Positions 36,427 through 45,266 of a DNA stretch of 64,000 nucleotides are shown in pieces; position 1 is the stretch's first letter, and every line of letters starts with the position of its first letter. The position numbers and the translations under genes were made by a program. Origin of the DNA: Candidatus Woesearchaeota archaeon (lineage in GTDB: Archaea; Nanobdellota; Nanobdellia; Woesearchaeales; JAZDKJ01); the NCBI GenBank assembly GCA_043803105.1, contig JAZDKJ010000012.1:32001-96000 (forward strand), in the 5' to 3' direction. The notes under the pieces are model-generated. The model was not told the DNA's origin, made no database searches, and worked only from the letters and a program-made list of their open reading frames with translations.

Positions 36427-37515
36427 ATGAAAGCCTTGGCCTGGACTAATAAGGGAATCGAATTCTTGGCTGCGCAAGAGCTGAAACTCTTGAAGATTAA
36501 CCAGATTGAGACCAAAGGTCAATTGCTTTTGTTTGACATTCCCTCTTATGATAACCTTGCAATGCTCTGCTATTGTGCCCGTTCTATTCGTGGTGTCATT
36601 CTTCTTCTGGGCTCGGCAAATAATGATGACCTGCTTACAGCAATAAATAAGGCTTCATTTCCCGTTTGGTTCAACAGTAAAACAAGCTTTGCTGCCCGCT
36701 GCCATGGCCTCGATTCATCCCCTGCCTTATCTGAAGCTGAGGTAGGTAATCTAGTTAACGAGAAAACAGGCTCCAAAGTGGACTTGACTAATCCACAAGT
36801 GACTTTCCTTGTGATTTCCCAGGATAACCTTTGTTATTTTGGTGTTGATTTTGCAGGCACTGACCTTGGCAAGCGCGATTACAAGGTTTTTTCCACCAGG
36901 CAGTCACTCAAGGGTAATGTTGCGTTCTCCATGCTTCTCTTAGCTGGTTTTAAGCCATCCCAGGTCCTGCTCGACCCATTTGGTCGTGACGGGATTATTG
37001 GCATTGAGGCAGCCCTTTTTTCTTTGGCCAAAAGTCCGCATTTCTTCAACAGGGAGAAATTTGCTTTTGTTAAGCTGTCTCTTGGCTTGGACAAATTCTC
37101 TGCGTGGGACAAGTCTATTTCAAAGCCTTCTGACATACGTATTTATGACTCGCTCTTCCACAATGTTGCGGCAATAAAGAAGAATGCAAGGATTGCCGGG
37201 GTGGACAAGACGATCGCTGTTTCACGTATTGATGTGGATTGGCTCGATGTCAAGATGGGCAGGGAGTCTGTTGATGCTATTGTATCTTATCCGCCACAGC
37301 TTACTTTGAGGAGTGATGCCAAGGCAATCGCAAAACTTTATGGTGAGCTCTTTCATCAGGCAGAGTTTGTGTTAAAGAAGAACTGCAGGATGGTGTTGGC
37401 AATGCACTCCATTGATGTCTTGAATGGGATAAAGACATCCCTTAAGCAGGAAAAGCCGATTGCTGCCTATCAGGGTGATGCTGTTCTCTTCTTGGTTGTT
37501 CTACAAAAGCTTTAA
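36427..37515 (+). CDS. THUMP-domain RNA methyltransferase-like protein (Trm14/RlmL-like)
   Basis: KGIEFLAAQEL, VDLTNP, DLGKRDYK, LLDPF...GIEAA. The SAM motifs are divergent. Confidence 0.7.
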   Translation: MKALAWTNKGIEFLAAQELKLLKINQIETKGQLLLFDIPSYDNLAMLCYCARSIRGVILLLGSANNDDLLTAINKASFPVWFNSKTSFAARCHGLDSSPALSEAEVGNLVNEKTGSKVDLTNPQVTFLVISQDNLCYFGVDFAGTDLGKRDYKVFSTRQSLKGNVAFSMLLLAGFKPSQVLLDPFGRDGIIGIEAALFSLAKSPHFFNREKFAFVKLSLGLDKFSAWDKSISKPSDIRIYDSLFHNVAAIKKNARIAGVDKTIAVSRIDVDWLDVKMGRESVDAIVSYPPQLTLRSDAKAIAKLYGELFHQAEFVLKKNCRMVLAMHSIDVLNGIKTSLKQEKPIAAYQGDAVLFLVVLQKL

Positions 37516-37542
37516 AAACTAGCCAATCCTTCTCTGTTTTGT

Positions 37543-37887
37543 GGTAGGATAGGAGCTTAGCTCTCGCAAAATTGTGAGGAAAGTCCGCCCACACATAGCA
37601 AAGGTTGCGGATTTCGTGACCCTCGCTAGGAACTGGCCACTCTTCGGAGGTCCCGAAAGGGGCGGCTACTGAACAGAAACGAAACGGCCCATTGCACTGG
37701 AATGAGGCAGAAAACGTCCTGGTGACAGGATCGAGCTAACCTGCCGACGACGCTTTGGGATTCGGTGGAACGGCAAGCCCTGGCTTGTGCAAGTCGAAAA
37801 GACGCTTAGTTGAATGCTAAGACAGACCATCGCTTTGTTTTTCGCAAAGTTTGGGTCTGACAGAAGGCGGCTTATTTCTATCCTACC
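37543..37887 (+). ncRNA. rnpB: RNase P RNA
   Basis: P1 ggtaggatagga/ttctatcctacc, CR-I GAGGAAAGTCC, ACAGAAA, CR-V ACAGAAGGCGGCTTA. Confidence 0.95.
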
Positions 37888-37925
37888 CAAAATTTTTTAA
37901 GCAAGTTAGTATTTTATGATAGAAA

Positions 37926-38102
37926 ATGGCGCAAGACAAGATAACAATGCCGACGAGTACAGCCGGTATTACAAGGTATTTTGACGACTATAAGAGCAAG
38001 ATTGAGTTTAAGCCAGGCCACATCATCATCCTCTGTATCATAGTGATTATTCTCTCGTTGGCTCTGCAGGCTTATGGTTCCTCTCTTCTTAGCATCCCAT
38101 GA
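37926..38102 (+). CDS. secG: Preprotein translocase Sec61beta/SecG (58 aa, below ORF-track cutoff)
   Basis: MPTSTAGITRYFDDYKSKIEFKPGHIIIL followed by a TM helix. Confidence 0.9.
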   Translation: MAQDKITMPTSTAGITRYFDDYKSKIEFKPGHIIILCIIVIILSLALQAYGSSLLSIP

Positions 38103-38431
38103 ACCTAAACAACAGGCAGATTCAGCACGCAATGAAGCGTATGGGCATTGCCCAAGTTGATATTCCGGCAACCGAGGTTATTATTAGGACCGCTGATTCT
38201 GAGATTGTAATTTCGGATCCTCAGGTTGCAAAGGTAAACATGATGGGCCAGACGACCTTCCAGGTTTCAGGAAATATCTCAGAAAGGCCGATTTCTTCAG
38301 AGCCAGAAATCAATGAGGAAGACATTGCCACAGTAATGGACCAGACTGGCGCAACAAAAGAGAAAGCCCTCTCAGCAATCAAGGCTGCAAAAGGCGACCT
38401 TGCCCAGGCGATTCTTGACCTTAAATCTTGA
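38099..38431 (+). CDS. nac: Nascent polypeptide-associated complex protein
   Basis: MKRMGI, PQVAKVNMMGQTTFQVSG, UBA domain EEDIATVMDQTG...GDLAQAI. Confidence 0.95.
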   Translation: MNLNNRQIQHAMKRMGIAQVDIPATEVIIRTADSEIVISDPQVAKVNMMGQTTFQVSGNISERPISSEPEINEEDIATVMDQTGATKEKALSAIKAAKGDLAQAILDLKS

Positions 38432-39143
38432 TAAGAGTAAGAAACAAGCCATCTTCGTCTTTTTTTGGGAGTCTAAAGCCAGCGCTCTTATAAAGTTCGT
38501 TGATATCTTTTTCTTGAAACCTGACCTTTTCGCTGCTTTCGCTTGCGATAACCTTGTCTGCAAGTTGTACATGTAGCACATAGTAATTCTTAGTAAAACT
38601 GTCCTCCCCCAACCAAACTAATGATTGCCTGTAAAATAGTCCATCTCCAATTGGGAGCACTAACTCCTGATCATGTTCTTGATGTATATTTACTGCAAAC
38701 ACCCCGTTATCTCTCAGATGCATGTTTACTCTTTTTAGTGCTTTCGCCACTTCCCAAATGTCCTCCAGGTATGTTTCCACCAGAGGCTTGTCTTTTATAT
38801 GCCATATGAAGCCCCCATGCGAGATGATTGCATCGTAGGTTTTTCCAGTGTCCATCTCCATAATATTTTGCTCATAGATTGGCAGGTTTAAGTTCTGCTC
38901 AATAATCTTCTTTCTGGCAATCTCTATCATTGCTCTTGAGCAGTCTACTCCCTCCACTCTGTAGCCTAGTTTCGCAAGTTCTATTCCAATAATTGCTGTT
39001 CCGATTGAAACCTCAAGTACATCCTTTTTGTCTCCAAGAATTTTCTCCAGACTGCTGATTGCCTTTTTATAGTCGCAATACCCGCCTAATGCGATTCTGT
39101 CATAGAACTCAGCGATTCCATCATAGAAGTTGTTCCTTTGCAT
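38421..39143 (-). CDS. Class I SAM-dependent methyltransferase
   Basis: VLEVSIGTA, GVDCSRAMIEIARKK, YDAIIS, HLRDNGVF. Confidence 0.85.
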   Translation of the reverse strand: MQRNNFYDGIAEFYDRIALGGYCDYKKAISSLEKILGDKKDVLEVSIGTAIIGIELAKLGYRVEGVDCSRAMIEIARKKIIEQNLNLPIYEQNIMEMDTGKTYDAIISHGGFIWHIKDKPLVETYLEDIWEVAKALKRVNMHLRDNGVFAVNIHQEHDQELVLPIGDGLFYRQSLVWLGEDSFTKNYYVLHVQLADKVIASESSEKVRFQEKDINELYKSAGFRLPKKDEDGLFLTLIKI

Positions 39144-39187
39144 AAAGAAGAAATGTTATGATATTTCTTAAAGCTTTACTTCAGAAA

Positions 39188-39979
39188 TTAAGCAGCAAAA
39201 GCTTGTTCACAGGGTTGGTACTCAACCTTGCTTCCATATTTCTGTACCAGCATCTCGTTTAAGGCTTGGATCTTTTGGTTCTTCACTTCCACCATCTTGC
39301 CATCTACCCGTTGCCTGTAAATTCCTTGCAGTGCATTGTATTGTTTGTTGTACACAAAATGCAGGTCTTCCACTAGGCCATCCTTATCAAAATGTGATAG
39401 TCTGCCGATTCCAGCACCTACAGGTGTTTCCTGCAATAGGATTGTGTCCACATCTCCTCCTAAGTTCAGTTTATTCACTAGCGCTGGTGTGAGCACAGCA
39501 GCCCATGTTTTTGTTCCTGCATATTGTACGGGGATGTGCCCGTCAAGTGACAGGAAATCCTTTGAGAGCCTTCTTTCGAGGTTCTCATCTACAGGAAAAT
39601 CAGGGTGCCAGTTCTTGAATTCTCCTCTCATTGAATACATTAGTTCACCCTGTGAATTGTAAAGAAGCTTAATGTCCCTTTTGTCGTTCGCGACTAGGTA
39701 TTGCTTAAATCCTTCTTTTCCATCTACTTTCACTGGCTCGCCAATTGCGTTCGGCCTGCCCATAACCTCAGATGCCTTCGCTAGAATCTTTTCCCCATCA
39801 AAAGCCATGATGAGCCCGTTATAATAAGGGTTCTCAAAGTCAGGGCCTTCTCCCAGGATTTTTCCATCAAGGCCAATCACCCTTCCTTCTTTGTGGTCTA
39901 GATGTGGAATAACCTTAGGCAGGATTCTTTCATAAACATATTCGGTCATCCATTCAAATGGTTTGCTCAGCATACGCAT
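39188..39979 (-). CDS. Hypothetical protein, possibly a degenerate DAC/DisA_N-like fold
   Basis: Motif order NGLIM, KRDIKLLY, AGTKTWAA, TILLQET...GRLSHF. Confidence 0.5.
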   Translation of the reverse strand: MRMLSKPFEWMTEYVYERILPKVIPHLDHKEGRVIGLDGKILGEGPDFENPYYNGLIMAFDGEKILAKASEVMGRPNAIGEPVKVDGKEGFKQYLVANDKRDIKLLYNSQGELMYSMRGEFKNWHPDFPVDENLERRLSKDFLSLDGHIPVQYAGTKTWAAVLTPALVNKLNLGGDVDTILLQETPVGAGIGRLSHFDKDGLVEDLHFVYNKQYNALQGIYRQRVDGKMVEVKNQKIQALNEMLVQKYGSKVEYQPCEQAFAA

Positions 39980-40081
39980 AATATACTTTTTACTATATTT
40001 ATACCTTATTACCACATATTTTTTATTTTTGTATAAAACAAAGGCAAGATTTATAAATTAATAAAGAACAAGTTACATAAA

Positions 40082-41062
40082 ATGCAAAATATTGACCGAG
40101 ACCTGATATTTCTTTACTCTGAGAACCTGAGGCAAAGGCTGACAGACCTTTCCTCTTTGCTAAAAAAAAGCCCTCAGAGGCTGAGGTATTCCTTGAAAAC
40201 ATTTGAGGATGAGCGTTTTCTGCACAACCCGCATTGTATTTTTGACTATTCTTATTTTGGCCTTATCCTCTTCAGGGTCTACTTTAAGGGAGGTTACATA
40301 AGCGAAAAAGACAAGACGGGCATCATCAAGGAGCTCACCCTTAGCCCTTATGTTGTTTCTGTTTACGAGCTCAGCGGTGAGTTTGATTTGTCTATCGAGT
40401 TAATAGCCCCCAATCCCTCCAAGTTCAACAAGGAATTTAAGAAATTGACTTATCTTATTCCCACACTAAATAATTACAAGGTCCTGCTCAATGTCGTCAC
40501 TCACATCTATCCTAGGTTCTACCTGACAAAGAATAATCTCATAAGGCAGAGGGTCCAGCACGAAATAATTGTTGGCGGTGATAGGACTGTTGTCTCTTTC
40601 AAAGAGTCAGAATTAGAGTTGATAAAACATATCCTCTTTAATCCAAAGGCAAGGATGACCTCGCTTGCTAAGGATGCATCTCTCAACAGGACTACCGCCC
40701 TTTCTGTTTTCAAGAAATTGATAAGAAAGCGAATAATCAAGGGTTTTAAGTATTTTGTAAATACCAATGCTCTGGGTATCTTTCGTTTTCGGCTTTTTCT
40801 CAAGCTGCACAATCTTAGCCAGGAGCGTGAGACAGAGTTTATGGCTTATCTTTCTAAGGTAGATGAGGTGGTGCAGGTAAATAAGACAGTTGGGGATTGG
40901 GACATTGAGATTGACATCGAAAGCTTTAGCAAGGCCACAGTGCGTTCGATTATCATCGGGCTTCGTGAGCAATTTAGCGACTTGATCGAGACTTTCAACA
41001 GCATTGAATTCTATCAATCATACAAGAAAGCATTTCTTCCCACCTATTTGTTTGAATCATGA
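40082..41062 (+). CDS. Tandem Lrp/AsnC-family transcriptional regulator
   Basis: Two HTH plus RAM units (SGEFDL, VGDWDIEID). Confidence 0.85.
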   Translation: MQNIDRDLIFLYSENLRQRLTDLSSLLKKSPQRLRYSLKTFEDERFLHNPHCIFDYSYFGLILFRVYFKGGYISEKDKTGIIKELTLSPYVVSVYELSGEFDLSIELIAPNPSKFNKEFKKLTYLIPTLNNYKVLLNVVTHIYPRFYLTKNNLIRQRVQHEIIVGGDRTVVSFKESELELIKHILFNPKARMTSLAKDASLNRTTALSVFKKLIRKRIIKGFKYFVNTNALGIFRFRLFLKLHNLSQERETEFMAYLSKVDEVVQVNKTVGDWDIEIDIESFSKATVRSIIIGLREQFSDLIETFNSIEFYQSYKKAFLPTYLFES

Positions 41063-41097
41063 CAACATTTTTAAACTCTTTTTGCCTTATAGTGCCC

Positions 41098-41565
41098 ATG
41101 GAAAAGTTTGAGGATTCTTTTCTTAAGGCAAAGCGTCACCTGCAGATCGCTGACCACATGGTTTACGTGACCTATGGCTTGGTGAAAGACCCCAGGCTTT
41201 TGCTCTCAGTTCTTGACAATGTTTTTCTCGCCTTCACCAATTCCATGTCCTCCATTCTGCACTATGAAAACTTATTTAAACGAGTGCCTCCTTTTCCTGA
41301 TAACTTTGAGGCAAAGTTTGCCTTGTTTAGGGAATCCTGCCTCTCAAGGTACAACATACATAAGGACTATCTTCCCTTGATGCGCGAGCTTAAGGGATTG
41401 ATTGTTGCGCACAAGAAAAGCCCTGTCGAGTTCGCGAGAAATGATCGCTTTGTCATCTGTTCGGATGATTACCGGATGCAGGTCATTTCTGTCGAGCAAA
41501 TCAAGTGTTATGTTGCCCAGGCAAAATTGTTTATCCAGGATATAAGCGTGATTATCAAAAGATGA
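41098..41565 (+). CDS. Helical (HEPN-like) hypothetical protein
   Basis: AKRHLQIADHMVYVTY...VEFAR; paralog of the next gene. Confidence 0.65.
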   Translation: MEKFEDSFLKAKRHLQIADHMVYVTYGLVKDPRLLLSVLDNVFLAFTNSMSSILHYENLFKRVPPFPDNFEAKFALFRESCLSRYNIHKDYLPLMRELKGLIVAHKKSPVEFARNDRFVICSDDYRMQVISVEQIKCYVAQAKLFIQDISVIIKR

Positions 41566-42014
41566 GAGAAGTTTTGGGCGAAGCTAACGAGGAGTTGAAG
41601 CGGGCTGACCATCTTATTTATGTTAGCCTAAAGTATACGAGAAGTGTTGATGTAATTAAGAGTGTGTTTGAGCGTCTTATCAATGCATATAGCATAGTCT
41701 TTCGAGGTCTTCTTGTCAAAGCCAAGGAGAAAAAACTTCTTGCACAGATTCCTACCTCTCCCGGTAGCCAATGTGACTTGGTAAGGGAAATTTACAGGGA
41801 TGATCTGGAGCTGCTTGATTATATCAAGTTTTATCTTCTCCTGCGCAAGATGGATCAAGGAAAATTCACTCGGGCGCATGAGTTTCGGCGAAATGTGACT
41901 ATGACAGTCACTGTGGACAATAAGCAGATGGAAGTCAACATAGACATTGTCACTGAATATTATAAGCGTTCACTGAAATTTTTGGAATATGCAAAGGAGC
42001 GTTTCCTCAGGTAG
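41562..42014 (+). CDS. Helical (HEPN-like) hypothetical protein
   Basis: ANEELKRADHLIYVSL...HEFRR; ATGA overlap with the upstream paralog. Confidence 0.65.
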   Translation: MREVLGEANEELKRADHLIYVSLKYTRSVDVIKSVFERLINAYSIVFRGLLVKAKEKKLLAQIPTSPGSQCDLVREIYRDDLELLDYIKFYLLLRKMDQGKFTRAHEFRRNVTMTVTVDNKQMEVNIDIVTEYYKRSLKFLEYAKERFLR

Positions 42015-42017
42015 ACA

Positions 42018-42464
42018 ATGCAAAATCGTCTGCGGCGAAAGGGTTGGTCATCAACTGATCTTGCCAAATTGGATAAATATTCTGTCAAGCGCCTGCATTT
42101 GTTTTGGATTGTAATTATTTCTGCAGTTCTGGTTAACATGGTTTTGGCCTTTGTTTTTATCCCTGTGTTTCTGGGTCTAAAGAATGTCCCAATGTTTGCT
42201 CTGGTTATTGCAACTGGTGTCTGCTTTGGCCTTTTGTTCTTCAACCTCTTGAGGAATGTCGATGTGTTTACTTATCGTCATCATCTCGCTGTCGCGATTG
42301 TGCCAGCATTTGCTGCAGTCTCAATTTTCTTCTCGAGCGAGATCGCCAATTCAGTTGCGCCACTTCTGCATAGCATCCGCCATTCATCTGTTATGCTCGG
42401 TTTGTTGTACGCCTTTAGCTTTGAGCTGCCCATTTTCATTGGCTTTCTTTACATCAAGGATTGA
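42018..42464 (+). CDS. Hypothetical membrane protein
   Basis: Four hydrophobic segments after a KGWS N-terminus. Confidence 0.65.
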   Translation: MQNRLRRKGWSSTDLAKLDKYSVKRLHLFWIVIISAVLVNMVLAFVFIPVFLGLKNVPMFALVIATGVCFGLLFFNLLRNVDVFTYRHHLAVAIVPAFAAVSIFFSSEIANSVAPLLHSIRHSSVMLGLLYAFSFELPIFIGFLYIKD

Positions 42465-42505
42465 GCGCAATCTTTATAATCTGTTTTGTTTCTCGAGTCC
42501 TTTGT

Positions 42506-42684
42506 GGCGGCCATGGTGTATCCCGGCAGCATAAGGGACTGTGGCGCTTTGCATAGACATCCCTTGGAGCGGGTTCAAAGGAGCTGAAAAGTCAGCTCGC
42601 ACCTTCGTTCCACCTTCGGTGGAGTTGCCTGTTAGGCAACAGAGGTTGCAGAGCTTTTCAGATGTGAAAATCCCGCTGGCCGCC
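42506..42684 (+). tRNA. tRNA-His(GUG) with two introns (42545-42558 and 42580-42670), genomic G-1
   Basis: G-GCGGCCA...AGGGA-CTGTGG|A-TCCCT...GCGGG-TTCAAA|T-CCCGC-TGGCCGC-C; BHB central helices CTGT/ATAG and TTCA/TGAA. Confidence 0.92.
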
Positions 42685-42735
42685 CTCTTTACCACAACCT
42701 TTTTAAAGGACTGCCAGTTTTTTCAGGTTATAAGC

Positions 42736-42788
42736 CCGAGTGCAGTTGTCTGTGCGTCCTTAGGGCAAGCGTGATAGCTTGTTCTCGG
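42736..42788 (+). promoter_or_regulatory. Hairpin 5' leader of the rps13 operon
   Basis: ccgag/ctcgg, agttgtc/gatagct and gtcc/gggc stems; TATA-like tttttaaag near 42700. Confidence 0.4.
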
Positions 42789-42799
42789 CACTTTTGATA

Positions 42800-43285
42800 A
42801 TGGAACCCAACTTCAAGCACATTGTCCGTATCATCAATACTGACCTTAATGGCAACAAGCAGATTTTGTATGCCTTAAGGAAAATCAAGGGTGTTAATAC
42901 TGTCATGGCCAACGCAATTCTTTTTGCCGCAGGTATTGCCAAAGACAAGCGCACTGGTTTGTTAAGCGATATGGAGATTCGTACTATTGATGACGTCTTG
43001 AAAAATCCGGCAAAGCACAATCTTCCAAGCTGGCTCTACAATCGAAGAAAGGACCCTGAGACTGGTAATGACCGGTATCTTGTTGGTACTGATGTTGCTT
43101 TTGTCAAGGATAATGATATAAAGAAGATGAAGATGATTCGCTGTTACAAGGGCTTCCGCCATATGGCTGGTTTGCCTGCAAGGGGTCAGCGCACCAAGGC
43201 CAATTTCAGAAGGACTAAAAGCAGGGGCAAGGGCGGTAGTCTTGGTGTTGTGAAGCGCGCTGGCGCAAAGCAAGGTCGTGGTTGA
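42800..43285 (+). CDS. rps13: 30S ribosomal protein uS13
   Basis: FKHIVRIINTDLNG, WLYNRRKDPETG, GLPARGQRTK. Confidence 0.97.
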   Translation: MEPNFKHIVRIINTDLNGNKQILYALRKIKGVNTVMANAILFAAGIAKDKRTGLLSDMEIRTIDDVLKNPAKHNLPSWLYNRRKDPETGNDRYLVGTDVAFVKDNDIKKMKMIRCYKGFRHMAGLPARGQRTKANFRRTKSRGKGGSLGVVKRAGAKQGRG

Positions 43286-43287
43286 AA

Positions 43288-43872
43288 ATGGGAGACATAA
43301 AAAAGCAAAGGAAGAAGTTTGACAAGCCATTTCATCCCTGGCAGAAAGCCCGCCTTGATACTGAATCTGTTGTTGTCAAGGAGTATGCCTTGAAGAACAA
43401 GAAGGAGTTGTGGAAGATGCAGTCTAGGCTCAAGCATTTCACAAGTCAGGCAAAGAAGCTTACCCCTGGTTTGAGGGGGGAGACTGAAAGGAATCTTCTC
43501 TTGTCAAGCTTAAGAAACCTTGGTGTGGTCAGCGACTCCGCAACCATAGATGATGTCCTGAACCTTACGCTCAAGGATATTTTGGAAAAGAGGTTGCAGA
43601 CATTTGTCTTTCGTAAGGGCTTTTCTCGTTCGATGAAACAAGCACGCCAATTCATTGTGCACAAGCATGTAATGGTTGGCTCAAAGGTTGTTGGCGTGCC
43701 TTCCTATCTGGTCTTGAAATCAGAAGAGTCTGCGATTAGCTTCAGGGAATCCTCTGCACTCGCTTCAGTTGACCATCCAGAGCGCGTCGCAAAGACCGAG
43801 CCTAAAGAGAAAAAGGTCCAGCCTAAAAAGGAGCCTGTAAAGAGAAAGCCGAGGCAGGAGAAGAAACAATGA
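43288..43872 (+). CDS. rps4: 30S ribosomal protein uS4
   Basis: [38 protein letters not shown]. Confidence 0.97.
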   Translation: MGDIKKQRKKFDKPFHPWQKARLDTESVVVKEYALKNKKELWKMQSRLKHFTSQAKKLTPGLRGETERNLLLSSLRNLGVVSDSATIDDVLNLTLKDILEKRLQTFVFRKGFSRSMKQARQFIVHKHVMVGSKVVGVPSYLVLKSEESAISFRESSALASVDHPERVAKTEPKEKKVQPKKEPVKRKPRQEKKQ

Positions 43873-44267
43873 GAACAGACAGTACTCGATGGGGTGTAGC
43901 TCACATTTATTCATCTTTCAATAATACTATTATCCATATTACTGATATTACAGGTACAGAAACCATAGCCAAGGCATCTGGCGGCATGATGGTTAAGGCT
44001 GACAGGATGGAATCAAGCCCTACCGCTGCAATGATGGCTGCAAAAAAGGCTGCTGAGGCTGCTCTTGAGAAAGGAATCAACGGAATTCATGTGAAGATTC
44101 GCGCTCCAGGAGGCCATAACGGCCCAAGCAGCCCAGGACCTGGTGCTCAAGCTGCGATCAGGGCGCTGTCTCGAATGGGTCTTCGCATTGGCACTATTGA
44201 GGATGTAACCACAATTCCTCATGATGGCTGTCGCAAGAAAGGGGGAAAAAGGGGGAGGAGAGTATGA
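43869..44267 (+). CDS. rps11: 30S ribosomal protein uS11
   Basis: [36 protein letters not shown]. Confidence 0.98.
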   Translation: MRTDSTRWGVAHIYSSFNNTIIHITDITGTETIAKASGGMMVKADRMESSPTAAMMAAKKAAEAALEKGINGIHVKIRAPGGHNGPSSPGPGAQAAIRALSRMGLRIGTIEDVTTIPHDGCRKKGGKRGRRV

Positions 44268-45064
44268 TTGACATCTCTTTGCTTGATTATGACAAGAAGA
44301 ATGAGAAATGCTCTTTTTTGATTAAGGGAGCTGATTTTTCATTTGTTAACTCCATTAGGCGCTGCATTGTTGATTTTGTTCCCACCATGGCAATAGAGGA
44401 CGTTGAGTTTCACAAGAATAGTTCTGTGCTGTATGATGAGATTATTGCGCACAGGCTTGGGCTAATTCCCTTGGAGACTGATCTTAAGACTTATAATCTG
44501 CCAAGCAAGTGCAAGTGCAACGGCGCAGGATGTGCCAGGTGTACTCTAAAGCTTTCGCTTAAGGCAAAAGGCCCGGGTATCGCTGATGCCTCTCTATTGA
44601 AGTCCAAGGACCCTAAGGTCAAGCCTGTCTTTTCCGCCACCCCAATTGTCAAGCTGCTCAAAGGCCAGGAGCTTGAGTTTGAAGCAACTGCAGTCCTTGG
44701 TTTTGGAAAAGAGCATGCCAAGTGGTCTCCAGGTTTGGCTTACTACAAGAACAAGCCTGTCATCGAGATGTTGAAGAAGTGCGATAAGTGCGATATCTGT
44801 GTCAAGGATTGCCCGCAAAAGATTTTCGAGGTGAAGGGCAATAGCGTTGAATTGAACAAGGATAATGTTAACAAGTGTGACCTTTGTGGTGCGTGTTTTG
44901 AGCACTGCCCGAAGGGTGTCATACGCATTGGTGAAAAAGAGGATGAGTACATTTTTAACATCGAGTCTTGGGGTCAGCTCTCCTGCAAGGAGATTGTCAA
45001 GGAAGCTGCCGACTGTTTTGACAGCCTGCTCGATGATTTGCTTGATAAACTAAAAGAGATGTAG
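44264..45064 (+). CDS. rpoD: RNA polymerase subunit D (Rpo3) with ferredoxin-like domain
   Basis: [28 protein letters not shown], two CxxCxxCxxxCP motifs. Confidence 0.97.
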   Translation: MIDISLLDYDKKNEKCSFLIKGADFSFVNSIRRCIVDFVPTMAIEDVEFHKNSSVLYDEIIAHRLGLIPLETDLKTYNLPSKCKCNGAGCARCTLKLSLKAKGPGIADASLLKSKDPKVKPVFSATPIVKLLKGQELEFEATAVLGFGKEHAKWSPGLAYYKNKPVIEMLKKCDKCDICVKDCPQKIFEVKGNSVELNKDNVNKCDLCGACFEHCPKGVIRIGEKEDEYIFNIESWGQLSCKEIVKEAADCFDSLLDDLLDKLKEM

Positions 45065-45067
45065 TTT

Positions 45068-45165
45068 GCGAGGGTGCCGGAGTGGCCAAACGGGCTAGGT
45101 TGAGGTTTGGTTAGCAAAAGCCTAGTGGCTTAGTGCCTGCGCGAGTTCGAACCTCGTCCCTCGCA
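45068..45165 (+). tRNA. tRNA-Leu(GAG) with a 14-nt intron at 37/38 (45106-45119)
   Basis: GCGAGGG...CTAGG-TTGAGG|G-CCTAG, long variable arm, GCGAG-TTCGAAC-CTCGT, CCCTCGC-A; sits in the conserved slot after rpoD. Confidence 0.92.
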
Positions 45166-45261
45166 TAATGGGTGTTTCGCCTGGGGCGAAGCGGCCACTG
45201 AAAGTGGCCTGAAGGTGTCAACGGACTTGGCCGTTGGTTCCCGAACCTCGTCCCTCGCATA
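45148..45261 (+). repeat. 20-bp direct repeat of the tRNA 3' end flanking a 74-bp triple-hairpin insert (att-like)
   Basis: cgaacctcgtccctcgcata at 45148-45167 and 45242-45261. Confidence 0.85.
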
Positions 45262-45266
45262 GCAAG

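Noticed and set aside
37666-37890. 74-aa minus-strand ORF
   Set aside because: Antisense to the RNase P RNA; spurious.
42500-42690. 5S rRNA (begins tggcggccat)
   Set aside because: It resolves fully as tRNA-His with two BHB introns.
42474-42774. ORFs 42474..42695 (-) and 42541..42774 (+)
   Set aside because: They overlap tRNA-His and have no protein features.
45168-45241. Hammerhead ribozyme or a T-loop intron of tRNA-Leu
   Set aside because: No CUGANGA/GAAA core in the correct order, and no BHB helix can be formed with the second repeat.
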